A stretch of 64,000 bases of DNA from an uncultured Actinomycetes bacterium. Lineage in GTDB: Bacteria; Actinomycetota; Thermoleophilia; RBG-16-64-13. Positions 42,969-52,838 of the stretch are shown here, one piece after another. Numbering within the stretch: position 1 is the first letter of the stretch; every line of letters starts with the position of its first letter. The translations under genes were made by a program, and so were the position numbers. Where the stretch lies: contig CAVPLM010000011.1 in assembly GCA_963706025.1 (NCBI GenBank), positions 64,055 through 128,054 of the forward strand. Direction: 5' to 3'. The notes under the pieces were generated by a model that was given only the letters and a program-made list of their open reading frames with translations, ran no database searches and was not told the DNA's origin.

Positions 42969-43193
42969 ATGCGAGGCTGTCACGACTGCAAGTATGGCCC
43001 ACTGCGCCTTGACAGAGAGTTTCAGTGCGACAGAGCGAGATTGATGTTGCTAGACCCAGCCGAGCCCTGCTGGATAGATCCTATTTGTGTGAACTGGCAA
43101 CCCATGTCGGTAGATGACCCCAGGCGGGTCAAGTCGTACCCGGGAATCCTCTGCGGCACAAAGACTTCGCCGCTGATCAGTCGCAGAGCCTGA
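42969..43193 (+). CDS. Small Cys-rich hypothetical protein
   Basis: SD AAGGAGG, CxxC plus four more Cys. Confidence 0.45.
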   Translation: MRGCHDCKYGPLRLDREFQCDRARLMLLDPAEPCWIDPICVNWQPMSVDDPRRVKSYPGILCGTKTSPLISRRA

Positions 43194-43455
43194 AAGAAGA
43201 AAGCGCCCCCGTCGGCCGAGCGTTGCCGCTGCCGATCGGGGGCTTGCCCTAATGGCAGGCGCGGCGATACGACGGGGCGGGGCCCCGAAGGACCTCCGTC
43301 ACTGTCGAACGAGGCCTCTGTCTAACCTAAGGGCGTCAGACGCCCAAAGGTTCACTGCACCGCCTGGCGCGGCAAGGCCAGTGTGGCAGAAATGCGAAGT
43401 CCGCCCCATTCCCGTCTTCTCACTCGTGAGGCGGTGCGCGGTTGCGAAAGAGCTG

Positions 43456-44568
43456 TCAGCTGCCCGAGCCCCCGACCACAATCAGGTCTTCAGCCACGCG
43501 CCGGATGATGTCCTTACGCGTTTGGATCTGTATGCCGACGTCGCCAATGCCGAAGCGCAGCTCCGTCAGTTCTCCGGCACCTTCCGAATCCACCCATGCC
43601 TGGTCTAGGGGAGCAAGATACTCCTTGCCATAGTCAGGATATTTCTGTGGATCGAGCGTGGTCACCAGGATGTAGTCGCCGGAGCTCGGCTTCCCGTACT
43701 GGAGTTGCACCATCCTCCAATCGGGTGTAGGGACCACCGAGGATAACGGCAGCCCCTGGTACCCGGCAGGCAGGCCGTATACGGGGAACGGGGCATCCTT
43801 CAAACCGGTCTCTCTCGCCTGCCGGTACCCGGCGACAATCGTGTCCATGTTCTTGATGTCCATCCGGTTGAGCAGTTCGGGGGTTGCGTCGATGACGCGC
43901 CGCTCACTCTGCTGGGTCGTCCCTGCCGCCCGGTACTCCTCCCGGACGATCAGATTCGTCAGCGGGTCGACTGTGGCTATCACTTCGACGGTCCCCCCTC
44001 CCTCGGCGATCGAAAGCGTCGTCTTCGCCACAAACGTCTGCCGACCTTCTACGGTCTCGAAGCCGATGACCTTGGCCGTCTTGCCACTCAGGTTGTCGTA
44101 GATACCGACAATCTGCGCGAAGTCCGCGCCCCCGTAGGGAGTCACCTCGAGGTTCATCTCCCCCATCTCGGAATGACCCCCGTCGTCGAAGACCAAGAAG
44201 TCAAAACCCGGATAGGGCGCATTGGGCGAGGTAACCATCTCGCGGAAGCCTTTGTGGTTGTGGGGATCGATCACCAGTCTGAGCGTCTGCTTACCGGAGG
44301 GGTCGAACTCCAGTTCCTCGATGAGCTTGCCGGCCGGGATGGCCGCCGCCGTCATGGAGCGCAGGGTCACGGAATCGCCCACGGGCGGCATTTCCACCAC
44401 CCTCGACGTGGTCTCCGCGCCTCCAGACTCGGCGGTCGCTGCGGAGGTCGATACAAGGGTAGTCGCGGCGGTGTCAACACTGCCACATGCAGACACGGCC
44501 AACGCAAGCGCAAGTAGGACAGCGCTCAGCAACAGAGCCACCTTGGCGACCCCTTCCGATCCCCTCAT
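43456..44568 (-). CDS. Hypothetical lipoprotein
   Basis: Lipobox VSAC and a long coding-like ORF; a family terminator lies at 43277-43300. Confidence 0.7.
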   Translation of the reverse strand: MRGSEGVAKVALLLSAVLLALALAVSACGSVDTAATTLVSTSAATAESGGAETTSRVVEMPPVGDSVTLRSMTAAAIPAGKLIEELEFDPSGKQTLRLVIDPHNHKGFREMVTSPNAPYPGFDFLVFDDGGHSEMGEMNLEVTPYGGADFAQIVGIYDNLSGKTAKVIGFETVEGRQTFVAKTTLSIAEGGGTVEVIATVDPLTNLIVREEYRAAGTTQQSERRVIDATPELLNRMDIKNMDTIVAGYRQARETGLKDAPFPVYGLPAGYQGLPLSSVVPTPDWRMVQLQYGKPSSGDYILVTTLDPQKYPDYGKEYLAPLDQAWVDSEGAGELTELRFGIGDVGIQIQTRKDIIRRVAEDLIVVGGSGS

Positions 44569-44660
44569 CGCTGACTTGTCGACAGAGAACGTGAAAGATG
44601 CTGGAAAGCGGCCGCTTTTCGGGACGGGTTCCTTCGGCGGAGCCAGAGGTCTCGAGAGGG

Positions 44661-45341
44661 TCAGATGCGGCCGTTGCATCTGCCGAGATCCCGCCACTGG
44701 AAGGGTTTCCCGTGACCCGGATAGACCGTCCCAACCTTCAGAGTCTCCAGACGCTCGACGCTTGCCCTGGCCGTCGGGACGTCGTCCATGATCGAACCGA
44801 GTTTCGGCACCTTGCGGTTCTCGAGGAGGTCCCCGCACAGCAGGCTCCCGTCGGCGAGTAGCAGCCCGATCGAGCCCGCCGAGTGCCCGCGAAGCAATAG
44901 CACCTTCGCGCCCACGAGCCCGTATTCGGTAAGGTCGGAGTCTTCGTCGACGAGGAGGTCGGGCTCGAAACGGTCTTCCTGGGGAAAACGGAGCGCCAGC
45001 GAGAGGATCGCCCGCGTTAGGGGATTCGGCCCCTTTCGACCGGAGAACATGTCGCCCTTTTCGGTCATCAGGGCGTCGCCCCCGTGCATCGCGATGGGCG
45101 CACCGAACTTCTCTCGCAGGTACGCGGCACTGCCAATGTGATCGAAATCGCCGTGGGTGATGAGGATGAGCTTGAGCGACGCTCGGTCGCAATCATCGGC
45201 GCAGAGCTTCTTCTCGAGTTTGGCCCGCTGCTTCCTCGTGCCGGTGTCGACGAGCACGAAGCCGCGCTCAGTCGTGATGCGATAGCAGTTGACGCCGAGT
45301 ATTCCTGATCCGAGTGTCAGGGGCGTGACGGTCTGGGACAT
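44661..45341 (-). CDS. MBL-fold metallo-hydrolase
   Basis: LVDTG, THGDFDHIG, GHSAGS, CGD, YPGHG. Confidence 0.9.
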   Translation of the reverse strand: MSQTVTPLTLGSGILGVNCYRITTERGFVLVDTGTRKQRAKLEKKLCADDCDRASLKLILITHGDFDHIGSAAYLREKFGAPIAMHGGDALMTEKGDMFSGRKGPNPLTRAILSLALRFPQEDRFEPDLLVDEDSDLTEYGLVGAKVLLLRGHSAGSIGLLLADGSLLCGDLLENRKVPKLGSIMDDVPTARASVERLETLKVGTVYPGHGKPFQWRDLGRCNGRI

Positions 45342-45471
45342 GGAGCGAGTTGCCCTCCTGGGTCGGTGTGACGCTGTGGTTGCGGTAAGACTCAGACTCA
45401 GACCGATAGTTCCCTCCGAGGACCGAGAAACCTGCTCTCCGGTGGCTGGTGTCCTGGATCCCAGTTCTCAC

Positions 45472-45975
45472 CTACTCTCCGACAAGCTGAAGCTTCTCCG
45501 GCAGGGTGTTTGCCCAGGATTTGACAGCCGCCCAGTCTCTTGTGTCGCTCGCCGGCATGTTCTTGAGAGCGGGGATGAGTTTCCAGCGCAAACCGAGCGT
45601 GTTGGCACCGAACACCTCTACGGCCACGGGGGTGAACCAGGGAAACTTGGCGAGCTCCCGGTCGAGTTGAGCCCGCACCTCCTGCCATTCCTTTTCCTCA
45701 TCGTGAAAGGGGCCGAGGGCAAAGACCGCGGCCGCTCGCCGGCCAAGCGCAGCGCGGTGCCGCTCAAGGAAAGCAAGGGCGTCTTTGTGCCACCGAGACC
45801 TCTGAAGAGGCGCTCCCAGGACGACTGCGCGGTAGGTTTCCAGCGCCCCGACGGCCTTCAAGGGCTGGACGTCCACCGCCATTCCATCTTCACGAAGCGC
45901 CGCCGCCACGGCCTCCGCGACTTCCTGGGTGAAGCCATACCTAGGGGCATAAGCCACAAGGACCGAGGCAGCCAT
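45472..45975 (-). CDS. Flavodoxin domain protein (HemG-like)
   Basis: VLVAYAPRYGFTQEVAEAVA...VVLGAP...DTRDWAAVKSWA. Confidence 0.85.
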   Translation of the reverse strand: MAASVLVAYAPRYGFTQEVAEAVAAALREDGMAVDVQPLKAVGALETYRAVVLGAPLQRSRWHKDALAFLERHRAALGRRAAAVFALGPFHDEEKEWQEVRAQLDRELAKFPWFTPVAVEVFGANTLGLRWKLIPALKNMPASDTRDWAAVKSWANTLPEKLQLVGE

Positions 45976-46131
45976 GCCGGCCTCCTTCCGAGGTGGTCAC
46001 GCGCTCGTTGGATGCGTCCCTATCATGGCACACCCGCCGCTTCGAAAAGGCGGCCTGCGTTAGACGCGCCCCATAGTCTACCTTGAGGAACGATGACCAC
46101 CGACAGTGGGCCGCTAGATCGCATCACGCCT

Positions 46132-46818
46132 CTAGCCGTGCCTCCTTACGAACTCCTCCCATGGAAATGGCTTGCCATGCCCGGGGTAGACCGTACGTAC
46201 GTGCAGCGTTTTCAGCCGCTCAACGCCGGTATTTGCTGCAGCCAGATCGTCGATCCAGACCTGGTTCGGCCCAAAGAAGTTGTAGATGAAGTCTCCGCAG
46301 AACAGCTCGCCGTCGGCAGTCAAGACCCCGATGGAACCCTTCGAATGACCGGGAAGATGGAGCACCTTCGCGTCGAATCCATACTCGGCTAGGCTTTGCC
46401 CGTTCTCCAAGTAGACGTCCGGCGAAAAACAGTCGAAGTTCCCGGACCCAACCAGAGTCATTGCCCTACCCACCAGCATGATCACGCGGCCCATGGCGGT
46501 GACTCGGTCTGGCTTGGCTTTTCTGTTGCAGGACATGTCCCCGCTCTCGACCATGCCGGCATCATCGGGGTGCATGGCGATCGGAGCATCGTATTTCTTC
46601 CGCAGGAACGCCGCGTTGTCGGCATGGTCGGAGTCCCCGTGGGTGAGGACTATGACCTTGAGGTCTCCCGCTCCGCACCCGGCGCTTTGGAGCTCTTTCT
46701 CGAGGGCGGAGCGCTTGGAGGCGACCCCGGTGTCGATGAGGACGAAGCCAGTGTCGCTCTTCACCAGGAAGCAGTTGCTACCCGCGTTGATGATCTTGAT
46801 CGTTGAGGCCACGGACAT
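46132..46818 (-). CDS. MBL-fold metallo-hydrolase
   Basis: LIDTG, THGDSDHA, GHSKGS, CGD, YPGHG. Confidence 0.9.
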   Translation of the reverse strand: MSVASTIKIINAGSNCFLVKSDTGFVLIDTGVASKRSALEKELQSAGCGAGDLKVIVLTHGDSDHADNAAFLRKKYDAPIAMHPDDAGMVESGDMSCNRKAKPDRVTAMGRVIMLVGRAMTLVGSGNFDCFSPDVYLENGQSLAEYGFDAKVLHLPGHSKGSIGVLTADGELFCGDFIYNFFGPNQVWIDDLAAANTGVERLKTLHVRTVYPGHGKPFPWEEFVRRHG

Positions 46819-46862
46819 CGTCCCTCCACCCTCGGAGCGCTCCTCGAACAGGAGATCGGTCT

Positions 46863-47573
46863 CTACGTCTCCGCTTCAGACGCCAGGGAAGTCACCGTCG
46901 ACGGACGAAATCCTCTGACTATCAGCCACACCCCCAAGACCACTTCCTGCACGCCGATGGGGACGTTCAGCACGGTGTTGACGGTGGAGAAGCCGAACTC
47001 CTGGGTGAAACCAGAGTAAAGGGTCGCGACCACAGACAATGCAACCGCAATGAGGCCCCATCCCGACAGCCAGCGCGGGATCAGCCTCGATCTGTACAGC
47101 AGGTAATAGTACATCGCCGCGGCCAGAAGCCAGGGCAGGAGGATCAGGAACCCGTGTACCCAGTCGCGTACCGCCAGCAGTAGGCCGGCTGATGCCTGCA
47201 GGGAGGATGAGTCGGCGGCGCCTGCCGCCACGGCTTCTTGACTCAAGGTGAGCAGCACCAATAGGCTGAGAGTGCCGCCAAGGACGAGTACGCCCTCGAC
47301 CACCCTGCCGGCGACCGATCCAAGGGCCAACGCTCTGTTGTGCTTCCGCAAGACCGGATACAGCGCGATGGCAATGCCCGCGCCGGTTGCGGCCCAAACG
47401 AACTCGATGAGCGCTGTCAGTAATACCCGGTTGTCGTTCGCCGCCAACCTGACGAAATCGACCGGCGTGTCCAGCATCGAGCCCAACGGAACGACGCTCA
47501 GTATGCTTGCAGCCGAGCAGGCGATCAGCAAGACTCCCACGGCTATGGCATTTCCTCTGTATGGCGACCTCAT
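46863..47573 (-). CDS. DUF4386 family membrane protein
   Basis: IAIALYPVLRKHN...RVVEG...YRSRLIPRWLSGWG...WLIVRGF. Confidence 0.85.
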   Translation of the reverse strand: MRSPYRGNAIAVGVLLIACSAASILSVVPLGSMLDTPVDFVRLAANDNRVLLTALIEFVWAATGAGIAIALYPVLRKHNRALALGSVAGRVVEGVLVLGGTLSLLVLLTLSQEAVAAGAADSSSLQASAGLLLAVRDWVHGFLILLPWLLAAAMYYYLLYRSRLIPRWLSGWGLIAVALSVVATLYSGFTQEFGFSTVNTVLNVPIGVQEVVLGVWLIVRGFRPSTVTSLASEAET

Positions 47574-47803
47574 TGCTTCCCACCTTCACTGTTTGGATAC
47601 TGGAACACGTCGTCGAGCGGGACGCCGAACACCCGGGCGATCTTGAAGGCCATCTCGAGAGAGGGCGAGTACCGGCCCTGCTCGATGGCGATAACGGTCT
47701 GGCGGGTGACGCCGATACGATCCCCAAGCTCTGCTTGGGTCATCTCTCCGTGGGCGAAGCGGAGAGACCGGATGGAGTTGGTGACTCTGGTGGGTTTCGT
47801 CAT
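47570..47803 (-). CDS. XRE/Cro HTH transcriptional regulator
   Basis: MTQAELGDRIGVTRQTVIAIEQGRYSPSLEMAFKIARVF. Confidence 0.9.
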   Translation of the reverse strand: MTKPTRVTNSIRSLRFAHGEMTQAELGDRIGVTRQTVIAIEQGRYSPSLEMAFKIARVFGVPLDDVFQYPNSEGGKQ

Positions 47804-48228
47804 CGCTGAAAGCCCCGACGGTAGGCTACGATCTTCGCGATGGCTCCAGTGAACCCCGCGAGGACACATCCCAGGAAGATGGCGTTGGCGATCCAGAAGT
47901 AGTCCGCCTCCACCATGGCCAGTATGAGACCCGCCAACGAGCCCAGACCACCGATGGTCAGGCCGATGCGGTCGCCGAAGCGGGTGATCTCGCGGTCGCG
48001 TTCGTCGGGGGAGCGAACTTCGTCTTTCTGCCAAATGATGGCGAGGATGATGCGGCTCACTATCACCGCCCCGATGGTGATACCGAGAGTCCAGAGCAGG
48101 GGCGTTACGTAGGCCACTTCGGTGATCGGGACGTCCTGAGCGCGCGAGATGATGACGGCCAGGTAGACCAGATAGGTGACGAGCGAGACCACGGCGTAGA
48201 TCCAGGTGTGCTTCTCCTCGGTTGACAT
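47800..48228 (-). CDS. Membrane protein (DUF2178-like)
   Basis: Four TMs with DERDREI; overlaps the XRE start. Confidence 0.7.
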   Translation of the reverse strand: MSTEEKHTWIYAVVSLVTYLVYLAVIISRAQDVPITEVAYVTPLLWTLGITIGAVIVSRIILAIIWQKDEVRSPDERDREITRFGDRIGLTIGGLGSLAGLILAMVEADYFWIANAIFLGCVLAGFTGAIAKIVAYRRGFQR

Positions 48229-48238
48229 GCCGCCCCCA

Positions 48239-48302
48239 TGTAAAGAATTATTGACAACCGCAGTGTATAGCATACATAACATAATGTCAAATACTATTAA
48301 CT
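48239..48302 (-). promoter_or_regulatory. Promoter with two XRE-type operator palindromes
   Basis: Minus strand TTGACA-N17-TACACT, flanked by GTTAATAGTATTTGAC and GTCAATAATTCTTTAC (GTYAA-N6-TTKAC). Confidence 0.7.
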
Positions 48303-48445
48303 TGATTGCCGGGCTGGAGGAGGGGCACACGAGGAGAGAGGCCCCGGTCGAATGGCCGACAGGGGCCTCTCTCCTACTCTCTCCTATTCAGACTGAACCG
48401 GCCGGCCGCGGCTTCGGTCGCGACCTCGCATCGTGTTCTGACGGC

Positions 48446-49297
48446 TCACCCAGCGCGGTGCCCGTTCGTCACCTGTCCGTCCAGCATCTGGAACACGCGG
48501 TCGCAGGTCTTCGCCACTCCGGGATCGTGTGTCACCAGGACGAACGTCGTGCCCGTATCCCGGTTGATCTGGTGCATCATCTCGACGATCTCGGCCGAAC
48601 TGGCCGAATCCAGGTTGCCGGTCGGTTCGTCCCCGAAGATGACTCTGGGGCCGTTAACCAGGGCCCGGGCGATGGCCACCCGTTGCTGCTGACCGCCGGA
48701 AAGCTCGGTGGGCCGGTGCCCTTCCCGGTCGGCGAGCCCCACCTGGGCGAGAGCGCTTCTCGCCAAACCGCGGGCTTCTCGCCTCCCCTTCCCCGCGTAC
48801 TCGGCCGCCAGCATGACGTTCTCGATCGCGGTGAGACTCGGCACCAGGTTGAAGGTCTGGAAGATAAAACCCACCTCGTTCCGCCTCAGTCGGGCAAGAT
48901 CTCGCCGGCTCAGGTTGTCCACCCGGCGCCCATCTAGCCACACCTCTCCGGAGTTCAGGGAATCGAGGCAGCCGAGGATATGTAGCAGTGTGGACTTGCC
49001 GGAGCCCGACGGGCCCATGACCCCGATCATCTCGCCCTCTGCTATTTCGAGCGAGGCGTCCCGCAAGGCGTCGACATAGTTGTCCTCGCCCATGACGTAG
49101 CGCTTGCGGATGTCGATCCCCCGGATGACGGTTTTTCGGCCGGCCCCATTACCGTTCAAGCTCTGGCTGTCGGCCGCTGTGCCGCTCAGGCTGTGGTTGC
49201 CGGCGGCCTTGCCGCTCACGATCTGGCTGCCGATAGTCTTCCGGCCCCCGTTGTGGCCGCCGCGATTCTGTTCGACGAGTGTCTCCAGCGTTTCCAT
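48446..49297 (-). CDS. ABC transporter ATP-binding protein (LolD/MacB family)
   Basis: GPSGSGKST, LSGGQQQRVAIARA, DEPTGNLD. Confidence 0.93.
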   Translation of the reverse strand: METLETLVEQNRGGHNGGRKTIGSQIVSGKAAGNHSLSGTAADSQSLNGNGAGRKTVIRGIDIRKRYVMGEDNYVDALRDASLEIAEGEMIGVMGPSGSGKSTLLHILGCLDSLNSGEVWLDGRRVDNLSRRDLARLRRNEVGFIFQTFNLVPSLTAIENVMLAAEYAGKGRREARGLARSALAQVGLADREGHRPTELSGGQQQRVAIARALVNGPRVIFGDEPTGNLDSASSAEIVEMMHQINRDTGTTFVLVTHDPGVAKTCDRVFQMLDGQVTNGHRAG

Positions 49298-49306
49298 GAA
49301 GTTCTC

Positions 49307-50464
49307 CTATTCGTATCGAAGGGCGAGGACCGGCTGCAGCCGGGCCGCGTGCAGAGAGGGATAGAGTCCGCTCACGAGACCCAGGAATATCGCGAAGACG
49401 ACCGATCCGAGCGCGAGCCTGGGGGTGACAAGGAACAGATCCAGGTTGCGAGGCTCCAGCAGTTTGTCCGTGACGGTCACCGCCAGCCAACCCAGGAACA
49501 ACCCGGTGACTCCTCCGATCAGGCCAATGAAGCCGGACTCAGTAAGGAACTGCCTCACGATCTGGCCGTCGGAGGCGCCTATGGCTTTGCGAACCCCGAT
49601 CTCGCGCGTGCGTTCGTTCACCGACATGGTCATGGTGTTGATCACAGAGAGCCCGCCCACGAAGAGGGCGATGATCGCAATCCCGTAGAGGATGGCGTTG
49701 AAGATGCCCATGGCGCTGGCTATCTGGTCTTGGAAGGCCTTCGGGCCGGTGGCGGTCACCCCGGGGACGGCCTCGTTGATCCGTGCGGCCAGTAGCTCCG
49801 GGTCGGTGCCCGGCGTGGGGTAGACGACGAACCCGGTGACCAGATCCTTCTGGTTCACCTGGCTGCGGACGACCTCGGGCAGGTCCTGCATGAAGACCCG
49901 CTGCGCGTCGGCAAGGGTCATGTAGACCGAGGTGTCCGGAGCGGTCAGCGTCTTGTCGAGTATCCCGACAACCGTGACCTGTTCGCCGCGCACGGTGACA
50001 ACGCCGCCCACCTTCGCCCCGAGCTTGTCCACCAGATCGGACCCCACCACCACGGAGCCGAGGTCTTGCGGGGTTAGCGCCCGTCCCTCGGCGAAGCTCA
50101 TTTTGAAGTTCTCCAACTCCGTGCCGCGCAGGTCGCTGCCCGAGATCATGGGGGGCATGCCAAAGGAGACTGAGGTCTCGGTGTCGAGCAGGGTGTCGAT
50201 GTTGGCCGAGACCTCGGCCACGCCGGGCACGCTCTTGATGGCGTCGTACTTACCCAGAGAGAGCGGTGCGCTCGAGAACAAGGCCGTGCCCGCCGCCCCC
50301 ACCGTGACTTTGTCGGAGTAGTATTCGGTGCCGCCCGAAACCAGCATGTTGATCTTCTCGGCCATGCTCCCCATCACCACCAGCGCCAGCACCCCGATGG
50401 TGATGCCAAAGATGGTCAGGAGCACCCTCAGTTTTCGTCGAAAGACGTTTCTCAAGGTCCGCAT
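49307..50464 (-). CDS. ABC transporter permease (MacB/FtsX family)
   Basis: RKLRVLLTIFGITIGV...NTMTMSVNERTREIGVRKAIGA...PVLALRYE. Confidence 0.92.
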   Translation of the reverse strand: MRTLRNVFRRKLRVLLTIFGITIGVLALVVMGSMAEKINMLVSGGTEYYSDKVTVGAAGTALFSSAPLSLGKYDAIKSVPGVAEVSANIDTLLDTETSVSFGMPPMISGSDLRGTELENFKMSFAEGRALTPQDLGSVVVGSDLVDKLGAKVGGVVTVRGEQVTVVGILDKTLTAPDTSVYMTLADAQRVFMQDLPEVVRSQVNQKDLVTGFVVYPTPGTDPELLAARINEAVPGVTATGPKAFQDQIASAMGIFNAILYGIAIIALFVGGLSVINTMTMSVNERTREIGVRKAIGASDGQIVRQFLTESGFIGLIGGVTGLFLGWLAVTVTDKLLEPRNLDLFLVTPRLALGSVVFAIFLGLVSGLYPSLHAARLQPVLALRYE

Positions 50465-50687
50465 TCGTCTGCCTCCTCCACTGCTTGCCGTTGCTTGGTA
50501 ACCACTCTCGACCAGCACTAACCTGGTGTTGATATTACCTATCTTATATTACGAAGTTAATAGTAGTCAAGAGGGAAATGAGAATCGGAACGTGACGTGC
50601 GCCAGGCTCCGTCACCGCCAGATGGGTCTAGCCGGTCGTTGCTGGTGTGAGCTGTCGGCGAGTGCCGGTCAGCGAAAAGGAGGCGGC

Positions 50688-50948
50688 ATGTCGGCTTCGA
50701 TCCTAGTCGCCTACGCCACCCGCGCTGGCTCCGCTGCGCAAGGTGTACACCCTCGAGTTGGCTACCGGTTGCGGTTCAGGTCCTGGCGGGGGCAGGTTCG
50801 ACCCGGCCACGCTTCGCCCGCCCTACAGTCCGCTCCCGGCCATGAAGAAATGCCGGTATCCGACTTCCGGGACTGGGAAGCAATCGCGACCTGGGTGAAA
50901 GAGCCGGCAGCCAAGTTCCGCCCAGCCCAGCGATCACCGGCAGAATGA
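50688..50948 (+). pseudogene. Internally deleted flavodoxin paralog
   Basis: Keeps MSASILVAYATRAGS and PVSDFRDWEAIATW, matching the ends of 45472..45975; the core is missing. Confidence 0.65.
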
Positions 50949-51032
50949 GCCAGAAAGCAGACGGTAGGCCCGGTTGTCCCTGAAGTCAACCGAAGAACGA
51001 ACTCGATCTCGCTCCAACCTGGCGATGCTGCT

Positions 51033-51470
51033 CTACTTCTTGAGCAGCCCGAATACTTTCCAGACCCCACGGTGGAAGGCGTGGATCGACCCCACAGGCT
51101 GCGCGTACATCAGGACGCACGCCCCATGGATGACCGGAACATCCTTCTCCGCGCACAATTCGAGGGCCTCTTTCGAATCACACCCGCTTTGCAGCCACAA
51201 GCGGGGAATACCGGCCTCAACGGCTTCCCTGACTGCAGCTTCACACTTGCTTCTGGGAACGGCGATTATGGCGCCCTCGACCGCGCCCTTCACATCGTCA
51301 AGCGTCGCTTCGGAGCCCGTGGTGTTCAGATAGACAACGGAGACTTGGTAGCCCTTCGGGGCCAATTCCTCGTTGATCTTGGCGCCCATAACCGGAGTCT
51401 GTGCAGAAAGACGGACAAGCGCGAGATTCTTGTGGCTCAGGAACTCATCGGTCGTCATTGTGGCGGTCAT
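51033..51470 (-). CDS. CoA-binding domain protein
   Basis: VEGAIIAVP...EAVEAGIPRLWLQSG...VIHGACVLMY. Confidence 0.8.
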   Translation of the reverse strand: MTATMTTDEFLSHKNLALVRLSAQTPVMGAKINEELAPKGYQVSVVYLNTTGSEATLDDVKGAVEGAIIAVPRSKCEAAVREAVEAGIPRLWLQSGCDSKEALELCAEKDVPVIHGACVLMYAQPVGSIHAFHRGVWKVFGLLKK

Positions 51471-51839
51471 GGGAAAGAAGCTCCTTTGTGATCGGCTGGC
51501 GGAAGGAGGAGGCCTTGACAGACAGTCGGAATGGTGCCGGAAGGGTTCGCGCGATCAGATTGAAGCATTAGAGGTCGCATCCCCCCGTTTTCTCGACTGA
51601 AGACCACACAGACTGTATATGCCGCTCTAGCGCCCGTCAAGCGCGGCCCTGCGTGAGATAGCTGCGCTCGCCGGGGGGGGCCACCACTGCCCTCGCCCCA
51701 CGCGTTCAGGACCAGTTCAGGTGAGTGGTGCGAGCATATGGCCACGGCATTGCTCAACCCCCCCTCCTGAGCTGTGGCCCCGTCCTGTTCGGTGGTGTCT
51801 AGCGCACCTGGGTTAGACACCACCGACCTCAACCCCACG

Positions 51840-51993
51840 CAGCGGAAACGGGAGCGGCTTGCTGGCGTCGTTTCTCAAATTCTGGGATCACCAGAAGACG
51901 TAACATTCAAAGTGAGAGGACTTGGAATCGACCTTCAGCTTCAGTGGCCAAAGAAAGACATGTCCCCCTTTGTGGAGGTGGCGGGACCCCGGA
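51840..51993 (+). pseudogene. C-terminal remnant of a large serine recombinase-like gene ending in an antisense tRNA-Phe end
   Basis: KRERLAGVVSQILGSPEDVTFKV...VEVAGP parallels 58757..59093, and the VAGP codons are the reverse complement of the tRNA 3' end. Confidence 0.5.
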
Positions 51994-52104
51994 GCGAATC
52001 GGTAGGGGACAGAATTTGCGGCTTTGCATTCATCGGAGGGGTCCACTAGACGAAAGAAGCCCCGCCCTCGGCAGGTGGCAGCTTTTGGCCACCTAAGCAA
52101 ATCC
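51988..52104 (+). repeat. About 115-bp degenerate direct repeat (second copy about 53608-53726) flanking two TA modules
   Basis: GGAGCGAA.CG.T.GGGGACAGAATT.G.GG.TTTGC.TTCATCGG...AAGCCCC.CCC.CGGCAGG...CAAATCC in both copies. Confidence 0.7.
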
Positions 52105-52122
52105 GTGAGAGTCCGCCTTCCC

Positions 52123-52386
52123 CTACTCATAGTGGGTCCACATGCGAAGCACCTTAGCTATCCGCTCCTCGTCCAGAATCTGGTAGACCAGACGATGCTG
52201 AATGTTGATCCGACGGGAATATGCTCCCGACAGGTCGCCGACCAGCTTCTCGAACGGGGGCGGGATCAGATAGGGGTCTTGCTCCAGGATCTCGAGCAAA
52301 GCCTGGGCCTTGGGTTTGAGACCGGCCGCCGCCAGCTTCTTGGCGTCCTTCTGGGCGGCCTTCGTGTAGACGAGCCGCCAACTCAC
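52123..52386 (-). CDS. yoeB: Txe/YoeB family toxin
   Basis: PPFEKLVGDLSGAYSRRINIQHRLVYQ...MWTHYE. Confidence 0.9.
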   Translation of the reverse strand: MSWRLVYTKAAQKDAKKLAAAGLKPKAQALLEILEQDPYLIPPPFEKLVGDLSGAYSRRINIQHRLVYQILDEERIAKVLRMWTHYE

Positions 52387-52625
52387 CAGTCGAGCTGGTC
52401 TTCGAGGTCTTCGACCGGCGTTGCCATACCTTCGAGGATGGACTCCCGCATGCCGGGGATGGAGACGAGATGCAGGGTCTCCTGCACCGCCCGCCAGTCG
52501 TCCTCCCCGACAAGAACGGCATTGCTCCTCTTGCCCGTGATCTGCACCGGCTCGTGCGACTCCGACACATCGTCGATCAGCTTGTAGAGTTGCTTTCGCG
52601 CTTCGGTCGCGCTAATAGTGGTCAT
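52383..52625 (-). CDS. yefM: Phd/YefM family antitoxin
   Basis: ISATEARKQLYKLIDDV...QETLHLVSIPGMRESI; GTAC operator repeats upstream at about 52644-52663. Confidence 0.9.
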   Translation of the reverse strand: MTTISATEARKQLYKLIDDVSESHEPVQITGKRSNAVLVGEDDWRAVQETLHLVSIPGMRESILEGMATPVEDLEDQLDW

Positions 52626-52710
52626 ACCTCTACCTCCAGGTTCTACGTACGGTAAAGCGTACGCTCTGCGCAGGTGAATGTCAACATGGGGACCTTGCAT
52701 GGCGACGCGA

Positions 52711-52798
52711 GCTTCCCCGATCGGGAAATGTCCCCGGTTCAAAGGGGGTCTGAGAACAAAAAGTGCCCATCGCAGGCGAAAAGTGGCGGGACTCGGAC
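52711..52798 (-). repeat. att-like repeat with degenerate tRNA-Phe 3' end
   Basis: TTCCCCGATC.GGAAATGTCCCCGG...TCTGAG...GCAGG...GTGGCGGGAC, shared with 55801-55926 and 59982-60080. Confidence 0.65.
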
Positions 52799-52838
52799 GT
52801 TTACTATCGGCGGACATCGCGTTCATGTTGGTACCCGC

